Notes: a model not told the origin generated them from the letters alone. Shown: positions 50,847 through 60,126, counted from the first letter of the stretch. The stretch: 64,000 nt of DNA from an uncultured Gammaproteobacteria bacterium (GCA_964649615.1 CAZYPW010000002.1:2969-66968), one strand, 5' to 3'. Numbers and translations: made by a program.

Positions 50847-51341
50847 ATGAAGACAGAAACTAAGGTTATTATAGGAGGTGCCATATTTACCATCCTACTT
50901 TTGGTTGGTGCTGCTTTCCTTCTATCCAGAGAAGAAAAAGTTAATGTATCAGAAGATCAAATCATATCAAGAAAAGGTATACACTGGCATCCTAGACTGA
51001 CAATTTTAATCAAGGGAGAAAAACAGGAAATCCCTGCAGATTTTGGTTTAGGAGCAGTACATTCGCCAATCCATACTCACGCTGCTGATAGTAAAGAGGG
51101 TATCTTACATATGGAAATATCAGGCCTGGTGACTAAGGATGAGACAAAATTGAGCAAATGGTTTCAACTTTGGGGAAAGCAGTTTAACTCCAACTGTATT
51201 TTTGATAAATGTAATGGAGAAGAGGGAACTGTTAAAATGTTTGTTAATGGGCAGGAAAATGAGCAAAGCTCTTCTGTGAATAAAGAATTTGAGAATTATC
51301 AAATGAAAGATGGAGATAATATAGAAATTAAATACGAATAA
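50847..51341 (+). CDS. Secreted His-rich protein
   Basis: Signal/TM and a His cluster (HWHP...VHSPIHTHAADS...LHME). Confidence 0.3.
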   Translation: MKTETKVIIGGAIFTILLLVGAAFLLSREEKVNVSEDQIISRKGIHWHPRLTILIKGEKQEIPADFGLGAVHSPIHTHAADSKEGILHMEISGLVTKDETKLSKWFQLWGKQFNSNCIFDKCNGEEGTVKMFVNGQENEQSSSVNKEFENYQMKDGDNIEIKYE

Positions 51342-51357
51342 AAGGTAAACTAAATAT

Positions 51358-52353
51358 ATGGATCTTTGGCTGATATTTTTAACCGGTTTAACTGTGGGAG
51401 GATTAACCTGTTTGGCTGTACAAGGTGGGCTTTTAGCTTCTGTGATTGCCGCAAAAGAGGAAGAGGAAGTTGAAAAAGGGATCAATACTAAAAATACAGT
51501 TTTCCCCACACTTTCGTTTCTTGCCGCAAAACTTGTTTCATATACAGTTTTAGGCTTTCTCTTGGGAGCTTTTGGAGGCGCATTAAATATTTCTCCTAAA
51601 GTTCAAACTGCCATGCAATTTTTAGCAGGACTATATATGGTTTTTATTGCGCTGGATTTGTTAAAAGTACATCCGATTTTCCGCTACGCAGTTATTCAAC
51701 CGCCCAGATTTTTAACAAGAGTAGTTAGAAACCAATCAAAAAGTAAAGATTTATTTGCTCCCGGCTTTTTGGGAGCGTTAACCGTCTTTATTCCCTGTGG
51801 GACAACTTTAGCAATGGAGGCTTTGGCAATTTCATCCGGCAATGCCATCTTGGGTGCTTTAATTATGGCTGTTTTTGTATTGGGTACTATCCCTTTGTTT
51901 TTTGGGGTGGGTTTTTTAACTTCTGTTTTAGGGGATAATTTCAGAGGTGGATTTTTAAAACTGGCAGGAATTATTGTTTTATATTTGGGGTTTATTTCAG
52001 CTAATGGAGCATTAGCAGCAGGAGGATTCCCTTTTGTACAAATTGATTTAAGCGGTGCAAATTATCAGGCCCAAAATAATGCTCCTGCTTCTCAAAATGT
52101 GCAAATAAATATCAATTCAACAGGTTATAGTCCCAACTATATCAAAGTCAAAAAAGGTGAGGCAGTTAATTTAACTTTAAAAAGCACTAATGCTTTCAGC
52201 TGCGCCCTGTCTTTTAGGATTCCTTCTTTGAGCATCAACAGGAATTTGCAGCCCAATGATACCCAGCTGATTAGCTTTGTTCCTACCCAAAAGGGCCAAA
52301 TTCCCTTTAGTTGTTCTATGGGGATGTATCGAGGGATAATAGAGGTAATATGA
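51358..52353 (+). CDS. DsbD_2-like polytopic membrane protein fused to a C-terminal cupredoxin-like domain
   Basis: GLTVGGLTCLAVQGG TM Cys motif. C-terminal KGEAVNLTLKSTNAFSC...IPFSCSMGMYRGIIEV matches ORF 44949. Confidence 0.4.
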   Translation: MDLWLIFLTGLTVGGLTCLAVQGGLLASVIAAKEEEEVEKGINTKNTVFPTLSFLAAKLVSYTVLGFLLGAFGGALNISPKVQTAMQFLAGLYMVFIALDLLKVHPIFRYAVIQPPRFLTRVVRNQSKSKDLFAPGFLGALTVFIPCGTTLAMEALAISSGNAILGALIMAVFVLGTIPLFFGVGFLTSVLGDNFRGGFLKLAGIIVLYLGFISANGALAAGGFPFVQIDLSGANYQAQNNAPASQNVQININSTGYSPNYIKVKKGEAVNLTLKSTNAFSCALSFRIPSLSINRNLQPNDTQLISFVPTQKGQIPFSCSMGMYRGIIEVI

Positions 52354-52577
52354 TAAAGAAAACACTAAAGATCCAAGGAATGCACTGCAGTTCTTGTGCC
52401 ATGAATATTGATTTTAATTTAGAGGATTTAGCAGGCGTTAAATCAGTAAAAACCAGTTATGCAAAACAAGAAACAGAAATTGAATATGAAGAAGGTAAAG
52501 TAGAAGTTGAGCAAATTTTACAGCAGGTGCAAAAAACAGGTTATAGTGCAAAGGAGAAAGATTTAATAGAAGTTTAA
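52350..52577 (+). CDS. copZ: Heavy-metal-associated copper chaperone
   Basis: LKIQGMHCSSCAMNI MxCxxC HMA motif. ATGA overlap with the upstream stop. Confidence 0.8.
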   Translation: MIKKTLKIQGMHCSSCAMNIDFNLEDLAGVKSVKTSYAKQETEIEYEEGKVEVEQILQQVQKTGYSAKEKDLIEV

Positions 52578-52647
52578 CTTATTATGGGCAGATGTTCTGC
52601 TCAATCTCCTTAATTGTAACTTCTATCTTTATTACAAGAATACTTAT

Positions 52648-53100
52648 TTAAACACCAGCAGGTAAATGTGATCTTCCATACCGCCTACTAATCATTGCAT
52701 TATATGCTGCTATTTGTTCCCTTTCATCTCTCGCAATTTCTTTCATTGCTTCTAGGTAAGCTTCATCCCAAACCTCCCTTGAAAGTCTTGGGTTTATCAT
52801 CTGTAATCCTTCGGGAAAAACTATAGTTGGTAACTCAGCACCATCCTTATTACTTTTTGGTATATTAAAGATAACTGTTTTCCTTCCTTCGTTAATACTA
52901 CGAATACCCCAAACATCATGAGCAAAAGTATATTGCCCTGGGCCCACCTTTGTATCTATTGTTTTACGCTTTATTGCTAAAGGTTCAGCTTCAGTAGTTT
53001 GAGGAGCCTGACTTTTGACAGTCAAGGGCCTTTTGTATTCAATTAAAGTATTTCTTCTTCTTATACCGAAGTAGTATTGTTTATTTTCAGGACTTCTCAT
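52648..53100 (-). CDS. Hypothetical protein
   Basis: ORF only. Confidence 0.3.
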   Translation of the reverse strand: MRSPENKQYYFGIRRRNTLIEYKRPLTVKSQAPQTTEAEPLAIKRKTIDTKVGPGQYTFAHDVWGIRSINEGRKTVIFNIPKSNKDGAELPTIVFPEGLQMINPRLSREVWDEAYLEAMKEIARDEREQIAAYNAMISRRYGRSHLPAGV

Positions 53101-53326
53101 AGTTGATTACGCCTAAAGTCTAGCACTAACTGAGCAAATGTGCAACAATTCAACTAATGATGGTACAACAACTACTTTTTCTAAAGATAAATTATTCTTA
53201 ACTTTTGGTGTTAAAAACATCTATTCAGGATCTGGGGATAACAAAAAGCTGGTAGGCTACAAGGCATATATTGAACATAATTGAATTTATCAAATAGTTT
53301 TTGACATTCATGGTAAAATATCACAA

Positions 53327-54028
53327 ATGAGTCTTGAGAGTGAAGCCAGAAAACAATTAGAAGCACAAAGGCGTGCTGCCCAAGAACAGGAAAGACAAAG
53401 ATTAGCCCAACAACAAGCTGCAGAGGCAAAAAGGCGCACTGATAAACTTAATGAAGAGCAAGGTAGAGCTCAAGCTTTATCAAAATTTAGAGGTTTAAAT
53501 CCTGAAAGATTCCTTGAAGAAGTAAGGCATGCGTGGGGTGTTGGTCGGATAGTACGTTTCTCTGATCCCTTATATAAAGTATTTGATGTTTATGGTGCTC
53601 CTACTGCTATTGATGGAGTAATGTTATATCAACGGGGAAATGCCCAACATTCAAGGAAATCAGAAAAAGGTGAATATCCTTATCATTCATCAGATGGTTT
53701 TCACCCAGCGGGAAGGAGCAGCGTGTGGAAACCTGCTAGTACTGTTGATACTGATACATATCCTGTAGATATTGCAAGAATCTATGTATCTATAGGTAAT
53801 GTGGTGGTAGAAGATAAATATGGATCCTATCAATCACAGAAATTAAGCATCCACAAAGGGCTTTTCAGTACAGAAAGATCTGAAAGTAGCAGGTACTTTA
53901 TGTCTAGTCATCCTTATTCAACCGTGCGATTTGATATTGACAGTGTAAGACCTGAGGATATACGTTCATTCTTTGTAGAAACTACAGCACGCCGTATGGG
54001 GGGAGAAGGTAACATAAGAATTCGATAA
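53327..54028 (+). CDS. Hypothetical protein with an N-terminal coiled-coil/Q-rich segment
   Basis: ORF; QLEAQRRAAQEQERQRLAQQQAAEAKRR. Confidence 0.3.
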   Translation: MSLESEARKQLEAQRRAAQEQERQRLAQQQAAEAKRRTDKLNEEQGRAQALSKFRGLNPERFLEEVRHAWGVGRIVRFSDPLYKVFDVYGAPTAIDGVMLYQRGNAQHSRKSEKGEYPYHSSDGFHPAGRSSVWKPASTVDTDTYPVDIARIYVSIGNVVVEDKYGSYQSQKLSIHKGLFSTERSESSRYFMSSHPYSTVRFDIDSVRPEDIRSFFVETTARRMGGEGNIRIR

Positions 54029-54069
54029 CTTCATTTGATATAGGTCGAATATATTCAGGGAAAATAAGT

Positions 54070-54639
54070 ATGTCTATCCAAGAAAGGCTTTCCCAAATTC
54101 AAAGAGAAGGTGAGGGTTTGGTTAACAGAATCGATCAAAAACGTAAGCTGGCAGAATTAAAAAATCAGCTTGCTCAATCCTCAGGAATAGGTAAGGGGAG
54201 ACAAATTGAGCGTTTAAGGGGGATATTAGTAGACACTGGCCTTGTGGATATGCTAGTTGAAGCAGTTGACCTTATCCCTAAGGTAGATGTCATTTGTACA
54301 GATTCAAGTAATCCTGTACCTGATCCTAATGGGGACTGGGCAATCCATATGCAATGGGATCAAAAGGGAGATGTAAGTGCAGGGATTACTGAGTCTTGGA
54401 AGGAATTTGAATTATACGTTCAACAAGATAAAATGTTTGTTTATTCAAGGTTATATGAGTTACCGGTAAATAACCAGCATATTTCCTATAGATATCAGAT
54501 GATAAAAGAGGAATATTTTAAAGATAGTTTAGAGAGTGAGCAATGGGGAAATAAAGAAAGATTGGAATCATCAATAGCTGATGCTTTATGGAAGGCTGAT
54601 ATCAGACCAAATGAAGCTGAAAGAGGCAGATTATTATGA
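54070..54639 (+). CDS. Hypothetical protein
   Basis: ORF only. Confidence 0.3.
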   Translation: MSIQERLSQIQREGEGLVNRIDQKRKLAELKNQLAQSSGIGKGRQIERLRGILVDTGLVDMLVEAVDLIPKVDVICTDSSNPVPDPNGDWAIHMQWDQKGDVSAGITESWKEFELYVQQDKMFVYSRLYELPVNNQHISYRYQMIKEEYFKDSLESEQWGNKERLESSIADALWKADIRPNEAERGRLL

Positions 54640-54660
54640 AACAGGGTCAAATCTAAATTT

Positions 54661-54715
54661 AATAGCTAATTCAGGTTATTACCCTGAGTTTAATCGAAGG
54701 GTGGAAGGTGTAAAT
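54661..54715. repeat. Direct repeat, copy 1 (native 3' end of fabD)
   Basis: tcaggttattaccctgagtttaatcgaagggtggaag encodes the fabD C-terminus ...TLRLNSG* on the minus strand. Near-identical copy at 56511-56565. Confidence 0.75.
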
Positions 54716-55656
54716 AACCCAAGAACATTTTTAGTTTCATTTATACCATTAATTTTATTTAAAGCAGCTAGTGAGGTCCCTGGACCTACCTCACCAAAAA
54801 CTCCAACACCACTAGATTGCAAAGTAGCTAATGTTTTAACCCATTGCACAGGCTGAACCATACTTTCAGCTAAATAATCCTTTAAGGTAAAACCATCTGT
54901 CCTAGCTTTTCCTGTCAGGTTAACAATAACTGGTATTTCTGAATTTCTAAAGTTATAATCAAACAATCTTTTTAGTAACTCATGGGCAGGTTTCATCATA
55001 AACGCAGTATGGAAAGCACCTGCTGTCCCTAAATCAGTAGCCCCGCTTGCTCCAGCTTCTTTGGCCAGTCTGTCTACTTGCTGAGCAGTTTCTGCACCGC
55101 AGCCAACTACAATTAATGTGGGAGCATTGATTAGAGCAACTTGTGTAAGTCCTAACCCTCTTGTTTCACAGATTTCTCTCACTTTATCTTCTGTGAGCCT
55201 ACTAATTCTCAAAAGAACACTTCTAGTTTCCTGGCATGCTTCCTGCATAACCTGCCCTCTGTAGGTAACAAGCTCAATTCCATCTTCAAAGCCAATAACC
55301 TTTGCCCTAGTTAATGCAGTATATTCACCTAGACTATGTCCCGCTACAAAACTAGGAGCAAGCCTGGCAGCGCCTCTTTTATCAGTAATTTCAGAGGTAA
55401 GAACACTAAGAGCATACACCACAGGTTGTACAAAAGCAGTTTGACCATAACTTGGTGATTCTGCATCTATTAATGCTTTATTAATATTAAAGGCTGCACT
55501 TCCATGTACTTTATTTATTGTCTCTTGTGCTTGTCCTAATCTTTGTTGTACATGAGTGGGATCAATATCAGAAAGTTTTTGATAGCAAGCTATAATATCT
55601 TTAGGAGGTAATCCCTGTCCAGGAAAAAGTAATGCTGCTTTAGTTTCTTGAGTCAT
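54679..55656 (-). CDS. fabD: Malonyl CoA-ACP transacylase
   Basis: GQGLPPKD (GQGSQ-like) and GHSLGEYTAL nucleophile motif. Confidence 0.85.
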   Translation of the reverse strand: MTQETKAALLFPGQGLPPKDIIACYQKLSDIDPTHVQQRLGQAQETINKVHGSAAFNINKALIDAESPSYGQTAFVQPVVYALSVLTSEITDKRGAARLAPSFVAGHSLGEYTALTRAKVIGFEDGIELVTYRGQVMQEACQETRSVLLRISRLTEDKVREICETRGLGLTQVALINAPTLIVVGCGAETAQQVDRLAKEAGASGATDLGTAGAFHTAFMMKPAHELLKRLFDYNFRNSEIPVIVNLTGKARTDGFTLKDYLAESMVQPVQWVKTLATLQSSGVGVFGEVGPGTSLAALNKINGINETKNVLGLFTPSTLRLNSG

Positions 55657-55873
55657 ATCTTAGTGTAATAATAATGAATTCACAGCCTTTGTCAATATAA
55701 CCATTTAGGTAGAAATTATGATTACTAGTAATAGTAACTTATTCAGAGTTTCCCAGTAAGTACGTCATTGGCTACTTTGTAGCCTTGCGATGACGGTTCC
55801 GCTGGGAAGAACTGAACTTATACCTACCTCATCTTAAAAATACTCCCTCTTTTTATGTTATAATCAACATATT

Positions 55874-56095
55874 ATGCCAGCAATTAATATGACCAAAATT
55901 TATGGTAATAAAAACTATAAAGGCAACTGGGTAGCCATGATTAATTATGAGACTAAACCCAAAGTTGTAGCATATGCAAAAACACTGCATGAAGTGTTAG
56001 AAAAGGCAAAACAAAAAGGATACAAAATGCCTTTAGTAACTGAAATACCCAAAAAAGTTCTTCCAATTGTAGGACCTTTTGCTTGTATTAAATGA
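55874..56095 (+). CDS. Hypothetical small protein
   Basis: ORF only. Confidence 0.3.
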   Translation: MPAINMTKIYGNKNYKGNWVAMINYETKPKVVAYAKTLHEVLEKAKQKGYKMPLVTEIPKKVLPIVGPFACIK

Positions 56096-56493
56096 TATTC
56101 CCCTACAAAGATATTACCTCTAAGATTAAGCGGCCTATTATTCCAATCATAATTAAGTTAGATAATTACTTTATTCTCTATCATGGTTTGATTGACTCAG
56201 GAGCTGATTACTGTATTTTCAGCCTGGAGATCGCTAAAGAGTTAGGGCTGAAATTTTTTAAAAGAAATAAAACTAAGTTTATCGGAGCTGGCCAAGATGA
56301 AATTGAAGGTTACTGGGGTAAAATTGATATAAAAATTGGTCAAAGCACTTATACAACTCGAGTAATTTTTGCAAAAATCAGTGATTTTGGCCATGGAGTT
56401 TTAGGACAAAGAGGCTTCTTTGAACATTTTGATGTTAAGTTAAACCATCATAAACAAATTATTGAGATCGAACCAATAAAATTATCAAATTGA
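56092..56493 (+). CDS. Retropepsin-like (clan AA) aspartic peptidase
   Basis: LIDSGADYCIF D(S/T)GA catalytic motif, 133 aa. Confidence 0.5.
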   Translation: MIFPYKDITSKIKRPIIPIIIKLDNYFILYHGLIDSGADYCIFSLEIAKELGLKFFKRNKTKFIGAGQDEIEGYWGKIDIKIGQSTYTTRVIFAKISDFGHGVLGQRGFFEHFDVKLNHHKQIIEIEPIKLSN

Positions 56494-56510
56494 TGTTTAC
56501 AACACCTTTA

Positions 56511-56565
56511 ATAGTTTCCTCAGGTTATTACCCTGAGTTTAATCGAAGGGTGGAAGTTGTGAATA
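56511..56565. repeat. Direct repeat, copy 2 (duplicate of the fabD 3' end)
   Basis: 37-nt perfect match plus flanking partial matches to 54661-54715, 1.85 kb away, same orientation. Confidence 0.75.
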
Positions 56566-56608
56566 TTAAAAAAGCGAAAAGTTGACAGTTATCTCATAGT
56601 AGTGTACA

Positions 56609-56983
56609 ATGTGGCTAATTATGGAACGAGAACTACTTTTAAATACAGCAGGAAGAAATTTTAGAATTCAATTAGGACAAGATGAGCTTTCTTTGCAAAT
56701 AGCCATGGGCTATATGGACTATAGAGGCAGTAGATTTGATAAAAGACAAGAAGGAGATTTTATAGATCTTCTCTTAATGAGGCATGCAAATTTTTTTGCA
56801 GGGGCTGATCAATACCTAAATTTACATGGCGTAGATGGGGCTTTGAGAAGGTTTAGATCAAGTAGAGTGTGGAGAGTGTTAACTAATCAGATGCAGCAAC
56901 CACAGATTCCATTAAATGATATGAAGATTCGTAAAGAGACCTCAAAACTAGAAAAATTAGTACTTCTTAAGAAAATTGCTTAA
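56609..56983 (+). CDS. Hypothetical protein
   Basis: ORF only. Confidence 0.3.
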   Translation: MWLIMERELLLNTAGRNFRIQLGQDELSLQIAMGYMDYRGSRFDKRQEGDFIDLLLMRHANFFAGADQYLNLHGVDGALRRFRSSRVWRVLTNQMQQPQIPLNDMKIRKETSKLEKLVLLKKIA

Positions 56984-57162
56984 CATCTTTTCAAGAACTT
57001 CTTAAATCTGGTATGCTCAAGTTATGCCCAAACTAATTACTGTTTCAGAATCATTACTTGAAGATATCCTGCCTCATGTTAAAAATACTCCCTTGGAGAA
57101 AAAATAAATTCAGTATTCTTGACACCTCGATTAAAATATGACATACTTAAGATGTATTAGAT

Positions 57163-57462
57163 ATGCCAAAAAAGAAGAGGCGTTTTGAATGGGATTTTGG
57201 AAATACAACTCATCTATGGGAAAGGCATCAGGTACGCTCCTTTGAGGCAGAAGAAGCGATGAATGATGTTCATGCAATAGAAGGACCAGATAAACTTCAT
57301 TCCCAGGATGAGGTGCGTTTTACAGTCATTGGTAGAACTCGAAAGGGAAGGATGCTCTTTCTGGTATTTACAGTAAGAAACAGTCATATCCGTGTCCTTC
57401 ACGCACGGAATGCCAAACGGAAGGAGGTGGGTCTGTATGAAGAAAAAATTAGTACTGCCTAG
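57163..57462 (+). CDS. brnT: BrnT-family (DUF497) ribonuclease toxin
   Basis: FEWDFGNTTHLWERH...VRFTVIGRTRKGRMLFLVFTVRNSHIRVLHAR matches the BrnT pattern. Confidence 0.6.
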   Translation: MPKKKRRFEWDFGNTTHLWERHQVRSFEAEEAMNDVHAIEGPDKLHSQDEVRFTVIGRTRKGRMLFLVFTVRNSHIRVLHARNAKRKEVGLYEEKISTA

Positions 57463-57706
57463 GTTTAAAAATGAAGATGAAGAGCATGATTTTTGGGAGA
57501 AAATTGATCTCTCAGAGTATTACGAGGTAAAAGACCTTAAACATTTTGATGCAGCAGCGTTTCTTAAGGAGCATGAGCAGCCAAAGATAACCAGGGTAAC
57601 TATGCGTATACCTACGGATATTGTCAGACGCTATAAACAAAAAGCTTCACAAATTGATGTTCCATACCAAAGCTTAATGAAACAACAATTGGCAAAAGGA
57701 GCATAA
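57437..57706 (+). CDS. brnA: BrnA-family antitoxin
   Basis: Overlaps the brnT 3' end. VTMRIPTDIVRRYKQKA ribbon-helix-helix-like C-terminus. Start placed at MKKKLV. Confidence 0.55.
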   Translation: MKKKLVLPRFKNEDEEHDFWEKIDLSEYYEVKDLKHFDAAAFLKEHEQPKITRVTMRIPTDIVRRYKQKASQIDVPYQSLMKQQLAKGA

Positions 57707-57770
57707 ATTTGGCTTGGCTCAAGCTGAAGCAAAGAAAAACAAAAGAGGCATTTGGAGTAAATAATAAAAA

Positions 57771-58361
57771 ATGGTAAAGAAAACTGAAAAGCAAAAACTG
57801 TACTGTTATGTAGATGAAACAGGACAAGACACTGAAGGTAAGTTGTATATAGTAGCTACAGTAGTAGTCGGAGACGAGCGGGATTCATTGAATGATTTTT
57901 TAGGGGAAGCAGAGGCAAAAAGTGGCAAAACCAGACGTAAATGGACTAAATCTCGGAATAAAGAGAGACATCAGTATATTGAGTTAGCTTTAATACCGAG
58001 ACAGCTAAAGGGTAAGATATTTTACAAAGTATATAAAGATTCCAAAGCCTATGAAGATCTCATGGTTTTAGTTATTGGAAGAGCTATTAATATTTACACC
58101 TCAACTAGAGACATTACTGATTATAAAGCAACGATAGTAATAGATGGGTTACAGGATAGAGTTCAAAAAAGAGTTACTAAGTCGTTAAGACAACTAGGGA
58201 TTAAAATGAGGAAAGTTGTAGGTGGGAGGGATGAAAGTAGCCCGCTTTTGAGATTAACAGATAATTTAGCAGGGATGATTAGAGAATCAGAAGAAGATAA
58301 AGGAGATTATAAAAAGATTGTTAATAAGCTAGAAGATCAGGGAGTAATTAGTGAACTTTAA
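57771..58361 (+). CDS. DUF3800-like protein
   Basis: N-terminal YCYVDETGQD resembles the DUF3800 (Y)iDESG motif. Confidence 0.35.
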   Translation: MVKKTEKQKLYCYVDETGQDTEGKLYIVATVVVGDERDSLNDFLGEAEAKSGKTRRKWTKSRNKERHQYIELALIPRQLKGKIFYKVYKDSKAYEDLMVLVIGRAINIYTSTRDITDYKATIVIDGLQDRVQKRVTKSLRQLGIKMRKVVGGRDESSPLLRLTDNLAGMIRESEEDKGDYKKIVNKLEDQGVISEL

Positions 58362-58521
58362 AACAATAAAAAACCACCGTAGTCTTACGACCAGAGGGTG
58401 GAACAACCTAGCTTTTTATAGCACCCACCCATAAAGGGGTAGTATTCAGTTGCGATTTAATTGCATATTATCATATTTGTCAGTAAGATACAAGCCAAAA
58501 ATTATGTTGTATACTTAAATC

Positions 58522-59112
58522 ATGCCAGATGATCCTAACCAACCACCAGATCAACCATCTATTCCCCCTAATCCTCCTGAAACCACATTACCTGAAGAAA
58601 TCCCACCCTCTGAACCTTCTCCTCCTTCAGAACCAGAAACCCCACCTACTCCTGAACCATCAGCAGCAGAAGTCCCATCCCAACCTTCCCAATCTCCCCA
58701 AATTCCCCAACCTCAAATAATTGAGAAAGAAGTTATTAAGGAGGTTCCTGTGGAGGTAATTAAAGAGGTTATAAAGGAAGTGCCTGTTGAAAGAATAGTT
58801 GAGAAAGTTATAGAAATCCCCACCCCCTTTGTAGATCAAAATGAAGTAAATAAACAGGTAGAAGAAAAACTCCAACAAAGATTAAAAGAAAATTTAGCTT
58901 TGAATAGACAAAAAGCCAAGGAAGCAAAACTTAAAAAGAAAGAAGATAATTTAGCAAAACTTTTACAATTTACTCAATCTAAAGGAACTATCACCAGTTC
59001 TGAAGCCTCAACTTATCTAAAAATCTCTAAATCCACTGCTACCAAATATTTAAAAGAATTAGTTAATAGAGGCTTATTAAAAAAGATAGGTAAAGCTCAA
59101 TATTCAACATAA
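58522..59112 (+). CDS. Pro-rich repeat protein with C-terminal wHTH
   Basis: PxxP-rich N-terminal half, EVIKEVPVEVIKEVIKEVPVERIVEKVIEIP repeats, C-terminal HTH (TSSEASTYLKISKSTATKYLKELVNRGLL). Confidence 0.4.
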   Translation: MPDDPNQPPDQPSIPPNPPETTLPEEIPPSEPSPPSEPETPPTPEPSAAEVPSQPSQSPQIPQPQIIEKEVIKEVPVEVIKEVIKEVPVERIVEKVIEIPTPFVDQNEVNKQVEEKLQQRLKENLALNRQKAKEAKLKKKEDNLAKLLQFTQSKGTITSSEASTYLKISKSTATKYLKELVNRGLLKKIGKAQYST

Positions 59113-59562
59113 CCTTATCCCTATATCTGATACTAACATACCATTTATATGATTTATTTCCTGCTCTAATGTTGCAGCACGTCCATATTTAATAACTTCT
59201 ATGTGATATTTCCCTTCTAAATCCTGATATCTTACCTTAATCCAAAGATGAGCTTTTATTAAATAAATACCTTTTAAACTGAAACATCTTGAAAAAATTG
59301 GAAATAACCATTTTTGTCCTAACACTTCTGGGTTAATCATGACTGTGTAATTTTCATAAGATTCTTTGAGAACAATGACTCTTCTGTTTATACCTATCTG
59401 TGGAGCAGCCATTCCTAACCAAATATTCCAAGGTTTATCTACACTTTTAATTACCTCAATTAATTCTTGAACAATTTTTCTAGCTTCAGCTAAATTGTCT
59501 ATTTTACTACTTTGTTCATGAAGTTTTTTATTTGGTTCTTGAATAATATCTTGCTTATTCAT
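59104..59562 (-). CDS. Peptide deformylase homolog with an atypical metal-binding motif
   Basis: PDF motif 1 GMAAPQIG and motif 2 region FSRCFSLKG. Motif 3 reads EQEINHINGM where PDF has QHExDHLxG, so the first His is Gln. Confidence 0.5.
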   Translation of the reverse strand: MNKQDIIQEPNKKLHEQSSKIDNLAEARKIVQELIEVIKSVDKPWNIWLGMAAPQIGINRRVIVLKESYENYTVMINPEVLGQKWLFPIFSRCFSLKGIYLIKAHLWIKVRYQDLEGKYHIEVIKYGRAATLEQEINHINGMLVSDIGIRLC

Positions 59563-59920
59563 AATTTATTAATTCATCTAAATTATCTGGTAAATAATCA
59601 ATTCCTCCAAATTCTTTAACTGGAATTGACTTAACTTTAGTTTTAATATCTTTTCTGATATGAGGATAAACCATTTCTTTTTCTCCTCCAATGCTTTCAC
59701 AATCATCTTCAATTAAAATATCAGGTATTAACTTTTCCACCACATCTTTATAATCTTCTCCTTGCTGACGAAAGAGTAAGTTTTGAGAATCAGGAAAGTT
59801 ATATTGTTGTAATACATTTCTAATATCATCAATATCCTTTTTAATTCTTCTGGAGGTTAGGTAATAAATTTCTGCTCTTTGGCTTTTCCAGTTAGTTAAT
59901 TTTCCTACCGCATCTCTCAC
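59555..59920 (-). CDS. Hypothetical protein
   Basis: ORF; ATGA overlap with the upstream ORF. Confidence 0.3.
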   Translation of the reverse strand: MRDAVGKLTNWKSQRAEIYYLTSRRIKKDIDDIRNVLQQYNFPDSQNLLFRQQGEDYKDVVEKLIPDILIEDDCESIGGEKEMVYPHIRKDIKTKVKSIPVKEFGGIDYLPDNLDELINYE

Positions 59921-60111
59921 TGGAACATAGTTTGCATAATCATGAACAGAATTTTCCCTTCTGGAACTTCTTCAACAGAATTATATGAAAGTGATGCTTC
60001 TTCTCTTTGAATACCTTCTAAATGTGATTGTCTAACTTGCTTCTCTCTACTTAAACCTTTTTCAGATTTAAATGTTAAAGCAGTACCTTCTGTAAAAATT
60101 AATATTTTCAT
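59917..60111 (-). CDS. Hypothetical small protein
   Basis: ORF only. Confidence 0.25.
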   Translation of the reverse strand: MKILIFTEGTALTFKSEKGLSREKQVRQSHLEGIQREEASLSYNSVEEVPEGKILFMIMQTMFQ

Positions 60112-60126
60112 AAATTATTTATTTAA

